Positions 25,925 to 36,253 of a stretch of DNA of 64,000 nt are shown here, in pieces. The stretch comes from Candidatus Uhrbacteria bacterium. Lineage in GTDB: Bacteria > Patescibacteriota > Patescibacteriia > UBA9934 > GWF2-40-263. Below the pieces are notes generated by a model that saw only the letters and a program-made list of their open reading frames with translations, had not been told where the DNA came from and made no database searches. Within the stretch, counting starts at the first letter, position 1. Each line of letters starts with the position of its first letter. The stretch spans positions 286,247-350,246 of the forward strand of contig JAHFIQ010000001.1 of the NCBI GenBank assembly GCA_023246355.1. The letters run 5' to 3'. Both the position numbers and the translations under genes were made by a program.

Positions 25925-27955
25925 CTACGTCTGGTGGATGCGAGCCATGATGGTGTCGCGCTTGCGCAGCACATCCATCATGTTCACGGGAACGCGATTT
26001 CCTTCCTGCTTCGCGGCTCGCTCACACAGCATGATCGCCATGTGAGTGACCACCTCGTGATTGACCAGCAGGTCGAGCGACCCGGCTCGGTCTTTCTTGG
26101 CTGCCTGGGCTTCAGGTGCCGCGAAGTTGAACCAGATCGTGCACCTGGTGTCTCCAGCCGGGACAAACATCGCGAGTTTGGTGCGCTGATTTTTCTGCTC
26201 AGCAAACGGGAGAGACGTGATCGTGAAGGTGACACCGTCGACGACGAGCACCTTTTTCAAGACGGCCGTTCCAGGTCCGTCGCCGGTACGAGGCTTGGCC
26301 GTTCGCACGCTCAAGCGTGCTTCAGCTTTACTTCCGTCGCTGGCCTTGCACGTAATCGTGTAGTTGCCAGGTTCCATGGGCGCGGTGACTTCTGCACTGC
26401 GCGTGTCATCACTCATCCGGATTCGGCCTTTCTCCGTGGTCGTCCAAGTGAGGCCAGACTTGCCGTCGTCGTTGACCACACGCACTGTCCCGGTCTCACC
26501 TGGCTCCAGAACCAACTCACGCGGAGAGAGCGTGAAGGCGAGTTCCTGGTCGAGTCGGATTTCGCAGACAGCGCTTGGGGTGATCTCCTCCCCTTCAGAT
26601 GCGTGTCCAACGAGTTTCATCTTGTACCGGCGACCTTCTTCCTTCCCAGCCCGATAGGTGATCTGGGTGGGACCGGTGAGAGTCGCGGTCGCTTTTGCGC
26701 CCGAGAGCCACTTGTCATCCACCAGGATCGAGCCACCGGACTGCGTAGCATCGAGCTCGCAGATGTCTTCTGCCCCCGCGTTCAAGACCTGAAAGACGAA
26801 GGTTGTCCCGCATACGAGCGTTACTCGTGCCGGCTTGAATGCCAAGGCGGTCGTGGGCGTGCGAGGCGGCGGGACATTGACCTGCGTCGTCTCTCCCACC
26901 TTCTCGATGAGCCTCTGGACCACGCGCTCAATGACTTCGTCAGACGCACCTTCTACTTGCGTGTCCAGGCGAGCCCTACGGCGGATTTCCGGAAGCAGGG
27001 TGCTGTGCACGTGTTGGACCACAAGCTTGAAGCTCGGATCCTTGAATAGCAGGGGCTTGAAGAAGCGGCGGGTATGCTCTCCTTCGAAGTTTTTCCATGC
27101 ATGCACACGAATCATGAACCAGACGTTGGGGTGCAGGAGCTCTGGCGCCAGACCAGCCTCCAGACGCCCCAGTTGGTCCAAGAGTTCCGAGTGGCTGCAC
27201 ACATGCGCGCCCCAGGTTCCCCAGGAACGGTCCTGGTCTTTCACCTGGTCGTCGGCAAATCCGGCGATGATCTCCACTTGCCCCACACCCGGGACTTCAT
27301 CCTGGGCACGGTAGAACTCCCCTTTGGGAAAGTCGATGCGCGGCTTTTCGCCGTTGATCGTGATCATGTCCAGCTGCCAGGGCGAGAGGACACGTGCGAT
27401 GTTGCGCAGGACCTCGCCAGGCAGCACGCGGATGGCGGACTTGCCTTGCCAAGGTTTGGTGAGGCGAATCACCGTGCCGGTTCCCTTCACGCGGGCACCG
27501 GAGGTGGACTTGGGGATCTTGTTGGTCTTGATGCCGCCGCTTGCGCCCGTCTGCGAAGCTTTCCAAGCCTCGTCGTGGGAGTAGCTCAGGTGATGGCAAT
27601 CGGGGTCCTCCGACCAAGCCGTCCAGACATCCATGTGGTCAAAAGCGAGCCAGAGGGCCGTGTGACCTGTGCCGTTTTCCCCAATGGTTGAATCATCGCC
27701 TTGCTTGGACGATTCGGCCATGCCGATGAACTCAGGCCATACCTGCCGGCGCATGCCCATGCCATTGTCTTCGAACTGGAGGAATTCTCCATGCCGGTCG
27801 ATGGTGATGTCGATCTTGGTTGCTCGCGCATCCACGGCGTTCGTGATCCCTTGACCGACGATCCCTGAGGGAGTGATGGCCACACCCAGGCCCATCTTGC
27901 GAAACGATGAAGCGCCAAGTTTTCCACGGACAAGTTCGTTGGTGGCAGAAGCCAT
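25925..27955 (-). CDS. GHKL (MORC/Hsp90-like) ATPase with C-terminal Ig-like beta domains
   Basis: QGITNAVDARAT, FEDNGMGM, SSK...IGENGTG, GTGTVIRL Bergerat-fold boxes; AGGAG SD. Confidence 0.8.
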   Translation of the reverse strand: MASATNELVRGKLGASSFRKMGLGVAITPSGIVGQGITNAVDARATKIDITIDRHGEFLQFEDNGMGMRRQVWPEFIGMAESSKQGDDSTIGENGTGHTALWLAFDHMDVWTAWSEDPDCHHLSYSHDEAWKASQTGASGGIKTNKIPKSTSGARVKGTGTVIRLTKPWQGKSAIRVLPGEVLRNIARVLSPWQLDMITINGEKPRIDFPKGEFYRAQDEVPGVGQVEIIAGFADDQVKDQDRSWGTWGAHVCSHSELLDQLGRLEAGLAPELLHPNVWFMIRVHAWKNFEGEHTRRFFKPLLFKDPSFKLVVQHVHSTLLPEIRRRARLDTQVEGASDEVIERVVQRLIEKVGETTQVNVPPPRTPTTALAFKPARVTLVCGTTFVFQVLNAGAEDICELDATQSGGSILVDDKWLSGAKATATLTGPTQITYRAGKEEGRRYKMKLVGHASEGEEITPSAVCEIRLDQELAFTLSPRELVLEPGETGTVRVVNDDGKSGLTWTTTEKGRIRMSDDTRSAEVTAPMEPGNYTITCKASDGSKAEARLSVRTAKPRTGDGPGTAVLKKVLVVDGVTFTITSLPFAEQKNQRTKLAMFVPAGDTRCTIWFNFAAPEAQAAKKDRAGSLDLLVNHEVVTHMAIMLCERAAKQEGNRVPVNMMDVLRKRDTIMARIHQT

Positions 27956-28075
27956 GATGGCTGTCTCCTGTGAAGAGGTGATACCTCACAAGCGCGAAAT
28001 CGCTTATGAAGTTCCATCAGAGGTTGTCCTTTGACGACCACTGGTGGAATAGCGAGAGGAGCTCTCTCGCAGCCG

Positions 28076-29359
28076 TTAGGATTTGATGTCGTCCAGATCC
28101 CCTCCACCCAATCCTGTTGCCGTGACTCTCATGTCCAGGAACATGCTTGGCAAGTCTTCGTCTGCCACATCCATATGCCTGATGTGAATGGACATTTCAT
28201 CAAAGGCGTGACGCAGACGTCGCAGGACTGCCCGCTTGTCGTTATGTTCCATCGAGTTGATTTGCGCCAGACGCCTTGTGAGTTCACCGATGAGATTCGC
28301 AGTGTCATCAACCTCGTCGAGGCTGAACACAGCTTCACGTTTGAACGAAGCGGCCGTGAGCACAAACCGCATGCCGCTGACCACCTCACCCGGATCATCC
28401 GTCTTTCCTGCGGGTGGTGAAGAGCGTCGTGCACGAAGTTCCGCGATGATCCCTTCCAGTCCACGAGTGAGAATCTCTTCTATCGTGGAAGGTTCCTCAT
28501 TCGGTTTTTCGACTGGTTGTACGGGGGTTCGAATTCCTTGATGCGGCATCACCGTGGTAGTCACGGTCGCAGAAGTTCTCTCTGCGCTCAACCATTCGGG
28601 GAATGCGATTTGGATCGCACGCAGAAGGGTTTCGAACTTTTCACGCGAGGGTCGCTGGCCCTTTCGCCAGTCGATCAGGAGCGTTGCGCTGAAGACCTGT
28701 TCGCCAAGGCCGCCGTTGAGCTTCTTGGCAATGTGATCGACGCGTTCATGTGGGACCTGCTTGGTCATCCACGTTTTGAACGCGTTGTCGCCTACGAGCT
28801 CAGGGATGCGTTCACACCCTCGGCCGAAGACGTTCCACTGCCCTTCCATGTAGAAGAGGGTGTCGCTTCCCCAGGTTTGTCTTTCACCTCCACTGCGAGC
28901 GTCTTCTGTGCAGAAACGGATGATCGCCACGATGTTCTCGAAGCCCGGGAGACTCTTTGCATCTTTGTTACAGAACGAGTCAAGCTCGGTCCCATCAAAG
29001 AACATGCGAGAGAGTTGTTTGTCCCCGCCGATTCTCTCGATGTAGGGACGCAGCAGGCCAACAACGTCCTGCCGTGTTTTGACCTCTGGGAACCAGTCCC
29101 TTGTGGGGTCCACGGCCTTCTTGGCCATGTCCACCCACGTTGTTCCAACGTCGATGTCCACGGCAGTGAGCTTTCTTTGGATCCTTGGCGATTGGAGGGA
29201 GAACCGAACCTTTTTGCTCAGCTCGCCTTCCGCCTGGATCATGCTGTAGAGGTTGTCCAGTCCTGCAATTCGCAGGGCTGATGTGCGCTTGGGTTCCGGT
29301 TGCGCGGCTACCCAGGCTTCCAGTTGTTCGAGGACTGTACGTCCTTGGGGAGCAGGCAT
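28076..29359 (-). CDS. Hypothetical protein, possible XRE-like HTH repeats
   Basis: Start MPAPQG with AAGGAG SD; IAKKL...FSATLLIDWRKGQRPSREKFETL resembles an XRE HTH. Confidence 0.55.
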   Translation of the reverse strand: MPAPQGRTVLEQLEAWVAAQPEPKRTSALRIAGLDNLYSMIQAEGELSKKVRFSLQSPRIQRKLTAVDIDVGTTWVDMAKKAVDPTRDWFPEVKTRQDVVGLLRPYIERIGGDKQLSRMFFDGTELDSFCNKDAKSLPGFENIVAIIRFCTEDARSGGERQTWGSDTLFYMEGQWNVFGRGCERIPELVGDNAFKTWMTKQVPHERVDHIAKKLNGGLGEQVFSATLLIDWRKGQRPSREKFETLLRAIQIAFPEWLSAERTSATVTTTVMPHQGIRTPVQPVEKPNEEPSTIEEILTRGLEGIIAELRARRSSPPAGKTDDPGEVVSGMRFVLTAASFKREAVFSLDEVDDTANLIGELTRRLAQINSMEHNDKRAVLRRLRHAFDEMSIHIRHMDVADEDLPSMFLDMRVTATGLGGGDLDDIKS

Positions 29360-29521
29360 TGGATCTCCTTGGGTCTTTTTCCTCAGGTTTTGGTCTGAAT
29401 GAGGACAGGTCAGAGTAAAAGAAACAGTTCTGAATGTCAAGATTAGCCGCTTGACGGGATCACGGCAAGGTGATTCACTGTTCCCCTTGCGACGAGCAAG
29501 AAACCCCTTCAGGAGTCGAGC

Positions 29522-30694
29522 ATGTCTTCTCCCCCTTTGGCAGAGCCCGCGTCTGTTGATCCCGCCAAGCCCATTGATACCCACCCATGCTACTTCTGGT
29601 GCTGGGTCGAGGCTGTTCGACGATACTGGGATTCCAAGCGTGGATCCGATACGCCGTTGAATGCCAGGGTAGATTTCTACCCGATCATCTTTCGCTACTA
29701 CAAACCAAGGGTCGACACGAAGAAACCGAACCCTTCTGTCTATCTGTCGTACATGAAGAAGGCGGGGATGATTCGCAGGTTCGGAGCAGACGCTGGTGAC
29801 TCAGGTCGTGGAAGGGATACATTCTACGTTCCCGAGACAGAGATCACGCTGCGCGTTGGCGGGAAGGTGGTCTACACGCCAAGAGATCTTGATGCCCTGC
29901 TGGAGGGTGATGAGCGGTTCCAGCCTCCCAGTGAGGTGGTGGAGCCGGCATCTGAGGGCGAGCCGCCTGATGCTGATGCAGGTGACGATGGCGGCGGGGC
30001 AGCAGATGAGGCCGATCCTCCCGCGGCTGAGCCAGCGGTGAAGGAGAAAAAGCGTCGCAACAGGCAGAGGAGTCCGGAGCAGAATGCCTTGGTCGGCAAG
30101 CTTGTGAAAGTCCTGTGGGCAGCGGCAGAGCCAACGGACGATCCAGCCTGGCGCGTGATCGCGAAATCCGCGGCCAGAGACCATGCGGTGCGAGAGTGCG
30201 GACATGTTCTGCACTACACCACGCTCTTTCGACTCGGTTTCCTGAAGTCAGGGGCAGATCACGAAACGTGTCTCATCACGGATCCCAACGCAGGTTTCCG
30301 TGAGGCGCTGGCCGCTCCGAAGCGGGGACAGAATCCTGAACAGCCGGCGGAGACTTCCGTGTGTGGCTCTTCCAGTCTGTCCATCGAGCAGATCAGTGCC
30401 AGGATCACTGAACGCGAGGCAAGCTTCAGCACACAGGAGCTGGAAGATGAGCGCGCCGTCGTGCTGCGGGATGTCACGGCAAAACGTGCAGAGCTCGCCG
30501 CGATTGATGAGACACGTCTGCGTCTGCGTGAAGAGCTGCGAGGGCTTGAGACTTCTAGTGAGGCGCTGGCCGCCCAAATCGAGACTCGTATGATGCAGCG
30601 CCAGCAGGATCCCCTGCTTCTGGATCTGAATTGGGCGCGCGACAATTTCGAGCGACTCCAAAGGGTGCTGGCAGATTCTGTACCCAAGAGTTAA
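29522..30694 (+). CDS. Hypothetical protein: wHTH-like N-domain, acidic linker, C-terminal coiled coil
   Basis: AGGAG SD; PSVYLSYMKKAGMIRR..GRG, low-complexity linker, terminal heptads. Confidence 0.6.
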   Translation: MSSPPLAEPASVDPAKPIDTHPCYFWCWVEAVRRYWDSKRGSDTPLNARVDFYPIIFRYYKPRVDTKKPNPSVYLSYMKKAGMIRRFGADAGDSGRGRDTFYVPETEITLRVGGKVVYTPRDLDALLEGDERFQPPSEVVEPASEGEPPDADAGDDGGGAADEADPPAAEPAVKEKKRRNRQRSPEQNALVGKLVKVLWAAAEPTDDPAWRVIAKSAARDHAVRECGHVLHYTTLFRLGFLKSGADHETCLITDPNAGFREALAAPKRGQNPEQPAETSVCGSSSLSIEQISARITEREASFSTQELEDERAVVLRDVTAKRAELAAIDETRLRLREELRGLETSSEALAAQIETRMMQRQQDPLLLDLNWARDNFERLQRVLADSVPKS

Positions 30695-30768
30695 GACACG
30701 ACCCGTTCGCTCTCTGCGACCGGGTTTTCAAATTCAAAACACCCCAGCAGACCGGGGTGTTTTTTTGT

Positions 30769-32745
30769 TTAGACGATCAAGGCAACGATGAGCAGAGCGA
30801 CGATGTTCAAAATTTTGATCATCGGGTTTAGGGCTGGGCCGGCAGTGTCTTTGTACGGGTCGCCCACCGTGTCGCCTGTGACAGCGGCTTTGTGTGCATT
30901 GCTTCCCTTGCCGCCGAAGTGACCAGCTTCAATATATTTTTTGGCATTGTCCCAGGCGCCGCCGCCAGTGGTCATCGAGATGGCGACGAACAGTCCGGTG
31001 ATAATGGAACCGATGAGCAAACCGCCCAAGGCTTCAGCTCCCAGTCCAAATCCTACAACGATCGGTGCAAGCACGGCCAAGAGGGACGGGGCGATCATGT
31101 ACTTGATCGCACGAGTCGTGACGATGTCGACAGCCTTGCCGTACTCAGGTTTGCCTGTGCCATCCATGATGCCTGGAATTTCACGAAACTGTCGTCGGAC
31201 TTCTTCTACGACTGCGCCAGCGGCTTTTCCAACCGCCTCCATGGCCATAGCGCCGAACAAATAGCTCACAAGTCCTCCCAAGAAAAGGCCCGCGATTACA
31301 TGTGGATCAACCAAGTTGAAAATGATGTGCGTGCCAGTGGCTTCGATCGTGTGAACGTAGTCGCCAAACAGTACGAGTGTGGCAAGTCCTGCTGAACCAA
31401 TGGCGTAGGCCTTCGTCACAGCTTTTGTGGTGTTGCCAACCGCGTCCAGGGGATCGGTAATGGCGCGGACTTCCTCTGGCAGGTCGGCCATTTCAGCAAT
31501 GCCTCCTGCGTTGTCGGTGATCGGACCATAGGCATCGATGGCGACAATGATTCCGGTGAGCGACAACATTGCCACAGCCGCAATCGCAATGCCGTAGAGA
31601 CCAGCAAGGTTGTAGGCGATGAGGATTCCAAGGACAATGGTGAGAACAGGCAGAGCTGTGGCTTTCATGGAAAGCGCAATGCCTGCGATGATGTTGGTCC
31701 CGTGACCGGACTGTGAAGCCTCAGCGAGTTTTTGCACGGGTTTGTATTCCGTGGCTGTGTAGTATTCGGTGATCATGATGAGGAGCGCTGTGATGACGAG
31801 TCCAAGCACGCCACAGAAGAAGAGTTCCTGGCTGTTCTCAAACATGAAAAGATTTGTCACAAACCAGAAGCCAATGCCTGCAAAGATTCCTGCGGCGGCG
31901 AGGCCTTTGTAGAGCGCACCCATGATGTTTTTTGTGGTGCCAAGTTTGATGAAGAAGGTTCCCAGAATAGACGCAATGATGGCGACGGCACCAAGGGCAA
32001 GTGGATACAAGACAAGACCTTCGTCACTCGAGAGAAGACTTCCCAAGACCATGGTGGCCACCAGGGTCACTGCGTATGTTTCAAAAAGATCAGCGGCCAT
32101 GCCAGCGCAGTCGCCGACGTTGTCGCCGACGTTATCCGCAATCACGGCTGGGTTGCGTGGATCGTCTTCGGGAATATTGGCTTCTGTTTTTCCAACGAGG
32201 TCTGCACCGACATCAGCAGCCTTTGTGAAGATACCCCCGCCAAGTCGCGCGAATACAGAGATCAGTGAGCCACCAAATCCAAGTCCAATGAGGGCACCCA
32301 CGTCTTGGGTTACAAAGAAAAATCCAGCAACACCCAACAGCGCAAGTCCCACCACAAGAAGTCCTGTGACCGTTCCGCCTTTGACCGCGACGTCCAGTGC
32401 TTCAGCCAGTCCTTTTTTTGCTGCCTCGGTGGTACGGACATTCGCACGCACAGAAACGCTCATGCCGACAAATCCAGCCACGCCAGAGAGAACAGCTCCT
32501 ACGAGAAATCCAACGGCGAGCGTCCAATCGAGCACGAGGCCCAGCAGGACAAAAATAATCACGCCAATCACGGCGATCACTTTGTACTGACGAGCGAGAT
32601 AGGCGTTTGCCCCTTCTTGAATAGCAAGGGCAATGCCTTTCATTTTTCCTTCCCCGGCAGGCTGCTTCAAAATCCATTGAGTCAGAACAGCTCCCCAGAG
32701 AATCGCGAGAATTCCGGCCGCGATGGCGTAGAGTATAATGGGCAT
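30769..32745 (-). CDS. hppA: Membrane-bound proton-translocating pyrophosphatase (K+-independent signature)
   Basis: [47 protein letters not shown]. Confidence 0.97.
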   Translation of the reverse strand: MPIILYAIAAGILAILWGAVLTQWILKQPAGEGKMKGIALAIQEGANAYLARQYKVIAVIGVIIFVLLGLVLDWTLAVGFLVGAVLSGVAGFVGMSVSVRANVRTTEAAKKGLAEALDVAVKGGTVTGLLVVGLALLGVAGFFFVTQDVGALIGLGFGGSLISVFARLGGGIFTKAADVGADLVGKTEANIPEDDPRNPAVIADNVGDNVGDCAGMAADLFETYAVTLVATMVLGSLLSSDEGLVLYPLALGAVAIIASILGTFFIKLGTTKNIMGALYKGLAAAGIFAGIGFWFVTNLFMFENSQELFFCGVLGLVITALLIMITEYYTATEYKPVQKLAEASQSGHGTNIIAGIALSMKATALPVLTIVLGILIAYNLAGLYGIAIAAVAMLSLTGIIVAIDAYGPITDNAGGIAEMADLPEEVRAITDPLDAVGNTTKAVTKAYAIGSAGLATLVLFGDYVHTIEATGTHIIFNLVDPHVIAGLFLGGLVSYLFGAMAMEAVGKAAGAVVEEVRRQFREIPGIMDGTGKPEYGKAVDIVTTRAIKYMIAPSLLAVLAPIVVGFGLGAEALGGLLIGSIITGLFVAISMTTGGGAWDNAKKYIEAGHFGGKGSNAHKAAVTGDTVGDPYKDTAGPALNPMIKILNIVALLIVALIV

Positions 32746-32810
32746 AGAGACAAAAGTTCGATTAAAAATACGTCGGTAGTCTAAGAAAAAAGTCGGTTTG
32801 TGTCAACCAT

Positions 32811-33182
32811 ATGGATGAAGCATTACCAGAAAATATTCGACCTTGGGGACACTATGATGTTTTGGATGCAGGCCAAACACATCAAGTGAAACGGATTACC
32901 GTTGAGCCCGGCAAACGTCTTTCGTATCAGCGTCATCAGCGCCGAGAAGAATTTTGGGTGATCGTTTCAGGTCGAGCGCTGTTTATCCTCAACGATCAAG
33001 AATCTTTTCATGGCTCGGGAGAAGTCCTTCACGTCCCGCAAGGATCAAAGCATCGCGTCGCGTGTATCAGTGACGTGCCACTCGTGTTCATCGAGGTTCA
33101 ACGCGGCGATTATTTTGGGGAAGACGATATCGAAAGATTTGATGATGACTTTGGACGTGAAGGCACAACGCGTCCACATTGA
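32811..33182 (+). CDS. Mannose-6-phosphate isomerase type II C-terminal cupin
   Basis: RPWG, VKRITV.PG.RLSYQRH, IEVQRG.YFGEDDIER. Confidence 0.9.
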   Translation: MDEALPENIRPWGHYDVLDAGQTHQVKRITVEPGKRLSYQRHQRREEFWVIVSGRALFILNDQESFHGSGEVLHVPQGSKHRVACISDVPLVFIEVQRGDYFGEDDIERFDDDFGREGTTRPH

Positions 33183-33222
33183 TTGACGAGGTGAGCTTTT
33201 TTCGGTACGCTCTTTTACACGC

Positions 33223-34527
33223 ATGAACCTCTCGGTCAAACAATTTTTTGTCCGCGTGCTCCTCTCCCTCTTGCGTGGGCTGATTCTCGTCAAACGACAT
33301 GCAGGGAGTGTTGCCGGAAAGGTTTTCAGGCCCATCAAAACCGTTGGGCTGTTTTTTGTCCGTCTGTTTGGTGTGCCTCTGGTGCGCGTGATCCTTCTCA
33401 CTCGCCGCTCTATTGACCGTGCCCTCTCCCCAGCAAAGCATCAACTCGTCTCTGTCATCAGTAATCGATTTACCATTCATGTCATCATGGTGGTGATTGT
33501 GTTCTCTGTGGCCTTTGTGAACATCTCAGCCCGCGATGTTCGCGCGGAAGATTTTGGTCAACAGAGCCTGCTGTATCAATTGGTCTCTACGGATCAATTT
33601 TCCCAACTGGAAGTGGTGGAAGCAGGATCTGCTGTTTTGACGATTGGCGGGGATGCTTCGTATCTTGCCGACGCGGTTGTCGATGCACAACGACATGTGG
33701 ACTTAGATTATTTGGAGGAAGTCTATGTGACACCTGAGACAGGGCAGGCTGAAGTCGCAAAACCGGTTGTCCCAACACGGGAAGGGATTCAAACGTACGT
33801 GATTCAAGAGGGCGATACACTCGGCGCGATTGCGGAAAAATTTGGTTTGAGTCTCTCGACGATTCTCTGGAGCAACAACTTGAGTTTTACCAGTACGATC
33901 CAACCTGGCGATGAGCTGTCGATTCTTCCAGTGGATGGGGTTCTCTATACCGTAAGAAGTGGCGACACCCTTTCGTCCATTGCCAGAAACTTTTCTGTCG
34001 ACACAAAGACGATCATGGCGCAAAATGGAATTGAGAGTGCGGATCGACTTGCCATCGGCGATAAGCTCCTGCTCCCAGGCGGAGAACCACCAGCGCCAGT
34101 TGCTTCGGCCAGACGCAGTGCTTCCATTTCTGAGTTGTTCAGTGCGCCTTCGTCCTCAGCTGTCGTTGCGGGTGGATGGACCTGGCCGACCGACTGGCAT
34201 GTCATCACACAATATTTCGGATGGAAACATACAGGACTTGATATCGATGGTGATTATTCCACCCATAGTTATGCCACCCGTGGTGGCACGGTCATTTATT
34301 CCGGTTGGCGCAGTGGGTACGGACTCTGTGTGGAAGTGGATCATGGTGATGGCTATGTCACCCGCTACGCACATCATTCACAAAATTTCGTGAATGTTGG
34401 CGATGTCGTCTCGGCTGGGCAAGCACTCGGCCAAACAGGATCGACCGGTCACTCAACAGGAACACATCTTCACTTTGAGATTATTTATAATGGACACTTT
34501 CAAAATCCATTGGACTATATCCGTTAG
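33223..34527 (+). CDS. LysM + M23 peptidase family protein
   Basis: Two LysM repeats (GDTL..IA), HTGLD, TRYAH, STGTHLHFE. Confidence 0.93.
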   Translation: MNLSVKQFFVRVLLSLLRGLILVKRHAGSVAGKVFRPIKTVGLFFVRLFGVPLVRVILLTRRSIDRALSPAKHQLVSVISNRFTIHVIMVVIVFSVAFVNISARDVRAEDFGQQSLLYQLVSTDQFSQLEVVEAGSAVLTIGGDASYLADAVVDAQRHVDLDYLEEVYVTPETGQAEVAKPVVPTREGIQTYVIQEGDTLGAIAEKFGLSLSTILWSNNLSFTSTIQPGDELSILPVDGVLYTVRSGDTLSSIARNFSVDTKTIMAQNGIESADRLAIGDKLLLPGGEPPAPVASARRSASISELFSAPSSSAVVAGGWTWPTDWHVITQYFGWKHTGLDIDGDYSTHSYATRGGTVIYSGWRSGYGLCVEVDHGDGYVTRYAHHSQNFVNVGDVVSAGQALGQTGSTGHSTGTHLHFEIIYNGHFQNPLDYIR

Positions 34528-34545
34528 TCTTATGAGGCCTGTCCT

Positions 34546-34929
34546 ATGAGGAGCACGTGCACAAATTGCAAAGCCGAAGTAGAGGCGTGGAATGAACAGT
34601 GTGGAGGTTGTGGATTCACCCTTGTGCTTGAGCCAGATGAAAAGCGTCGGGCAAAATTTTTGCGCGGCCCGGCGCTTGGGGCACTTCTGTTTACGCAAGG
34701 ATGGACGTTAGGGGCAAGAGTGTATTTTTGGTTTTTGATTTCGCTTATTCCTGTTGTCGGGATTGCCGCGCTTCTTCTGAATGTCATCTTCGGGCGACGA
34801 TGGTCGTGGAAATATGGTGGATGGGGCGATTGGGAATCGTTTGTAAAACGGATGCGTCTCATGGATGCGATTGGCGTGGGATGGATCGTGCTGCTTGGAT
34901 GTGTCTATCTTTATTTTCGTTTACATTAA
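34546..34929 (+). CDS. Hypothetical membrane protein with N-terminal zinc ribbon
   Basis: CTNC...CGGC followed by three hydrophobic segments. Confidence 0.7.
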   Translation: MRSTCTNCKAEVEAWNEQCGGCGFTLVLEPDEKRRAKFLRGPALGALLFTQGWTLGARVYFWFLISLIPVVGIAALLLNVIFGRRWSWKYGGWGDWESFVKRMRLMDAIGVGWIVLLGCVYLYFRLH

Positions 34930-34944
34930 CGTTTCATTGAATCT

Positions 34945-35010
34945 ATGGCCAAAGGAAACAATGCACAGCAGAGAAAAATCAAGAAGCCGAAGAAAGAGAA
35001 GAAGAAGTAA
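34945..35010 (+). CDS. Small lysine-rich peptide (21 aa)
   Basis: MAKGNNAQQRKIKKPKKEKKK*, followed by a hairpin (ATCCGTCC...GGACGGAT). Confidence 0.5.
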   Translation: MAKGNNAQQRKIKKPKKEKKK

Positions 35011-35053
35011 ATGAAAATCCGTCCTGAGTTGGACGGATCGTGAGGTCAGTGGT

Positions 35054-35539
35054 TCAGGGCTGGCAAGCGAGAGCGGAACAGCCTTCTCCCTCCGGGTCGG
35101 ACCAGCTGCTGACGTCCCAGGTCTCACCCGACCAGTTGAGGTAGGTCTCTGTGATGAGATCGGCGTTGTACGACGTGTTGTCGTTGCCTTCGCACAGGTA
35201 GCGGCCATCCCGGTAGTTCACGTTCCACCGGATACACTCGATGTTGTCAACCACGACGTTGTAGCCATGGTCATCGAGTGTGTCCTGGAGATCTTCGGGA
35301 GTGGTATTGAGCTGAACCACGTCGGGGCAGTCGAGCGTGAGGTGCCAGCCGAGCTGACCGACCTGGTCTTCTCGTTCCGAGAACTCGACGGTGAGGCTTG
35401 CGCTCTGGTCGCGATCCTCGGCAACCAGCAGGATCCACTCATCAGTGCAGTCTGCACAATCGTTGCCGTTGTCATCGCCTTCGTCGGTTTGAAATCCGAC
35501 ACAGCCTGTCATCGTGACCGAAATCAGCATGAACCGCAT
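35054..35539 (-). CDS. Hypothetical acidic lipoprotein
   Basis: AAGGAG SD; MTGC lipobox-like motif; several Cys. Confidence 0.65.
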   Translation of the reverse strand: MRFMLISVTMTGCVGFQTDEGDDNGNDCADCTDEWILLVAEDRDQSASLTVEFSEREDQVGQLGWHLTLDCPDVVQLNTTPEDLQDTLDDHGYNVVVDNIECIRWNVNYRDGRYLCEGNDNTSYNADLITETYLNWSGETWDVSSWSDPEGEGCSALACQP

Positions 35540-35648
35540 GTGCTCTCCTTGGGTTGCGGGTTGACTGAGAAGGCAAAGTTAAGTGAGATAAGAGGAAAAG
35601 TCAAGAGGAAGGCAGTAGGGGTGACATATTTTCCCTCGTATTTCGTGA

Positions 35649-35740
35649 CGATCGAAAACAAGATGAGACGATGTTGACGATCGCAAAAAAAGTTTTTTCT
35701 TTTTGCGATCGCAAAAATAAATCTCTCCCTTTTTCGATCG
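35649..35740. repeat. Four CGATCG-centred palindromes at 28-29 bp spacing
   Basis: CGATCG at 35649, 35678, 35706 and 35735; the third is the perfect palindrome TTTTTGCGATCGCAAAAA. Confidence 0.75.
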
Positions 35741-35803
35741 TCGTTTGTTTTGAGCAAAAAAAAGACCACCATACTCCTCTCTACACAAATTCTGTCACGT
35801 CAT

Positions 35804-36253
35804 TCAAACCAAGAAAACATTCACCCACTTGGTTAACCCAAGTTCTTCAACCAAAGACTGCATCAATTCACTTACATCGTTCTTCGTTGTCCAGACACTT
35901 CGTTGTGCCATCGTAAATCCAGCTTTTTTCAAAAAGTTTCTCAGTTTGTTTCGAAGATGTCTTACGTCCTCAGGGATATCAAAACTCACGATGGTCGTGC
36001 GACCGTCAGGATGCTCCCGTTTCACTAACAGGATTTTCTCCCGAGTGAGTCTTGCCTGTCCTTTGCTGCTTAGTTTCAGTTCTGCGCCATAGCTGGTTTC
36101 ATAAATATCAGAACACCCCTCTTCCAAGAGTTGAATTTGGCGTTTGAGTTGTTCTACATACGCTGTTCGTCTCCAGCTATCAGGTGCAACTTGGTTGAAA
36201 TGTCGCTGAGCATTGTGGAGCTTTTTTGTTGTCGGAATATGCATGTTATCCAT
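35804..36253 (-). CDS. PaaX-like regulator with Cas2-like (ferredoxin-fold) C-terminal domain
   Basis: LSSKG wing, IVSFDIPE...RNKLRNFLKKAGF.MAQRSVW. Confidence 0.75.
   Translation of the reverse strand: MDNMHIPTTKKLHNAQRHFNQVAPDSWRRTAYVEQLKRQIQLLEEGCSDIYETSYGAELKLSSKGQARLTREKILLVKREHPDGRTTIVSFDIPEDVRHLRNKLRNFLKKAGFTMAQRSVWTTKNDVSELMQSLVEELGLTKWVNVFLV

Noticed and set aside
25919-27049. 376-aa plus-strand ORF and other long antisense ORFs (for example 41736-42731 and 51084-51950)
   Set aside because: They lie antisense to better-supported genes and show no motifs
35804-36253. cas2 of a CRISPR-Cas locus
   Set aside because: No cas1 or array nearby; the motif pattern fits the PaaX-like family
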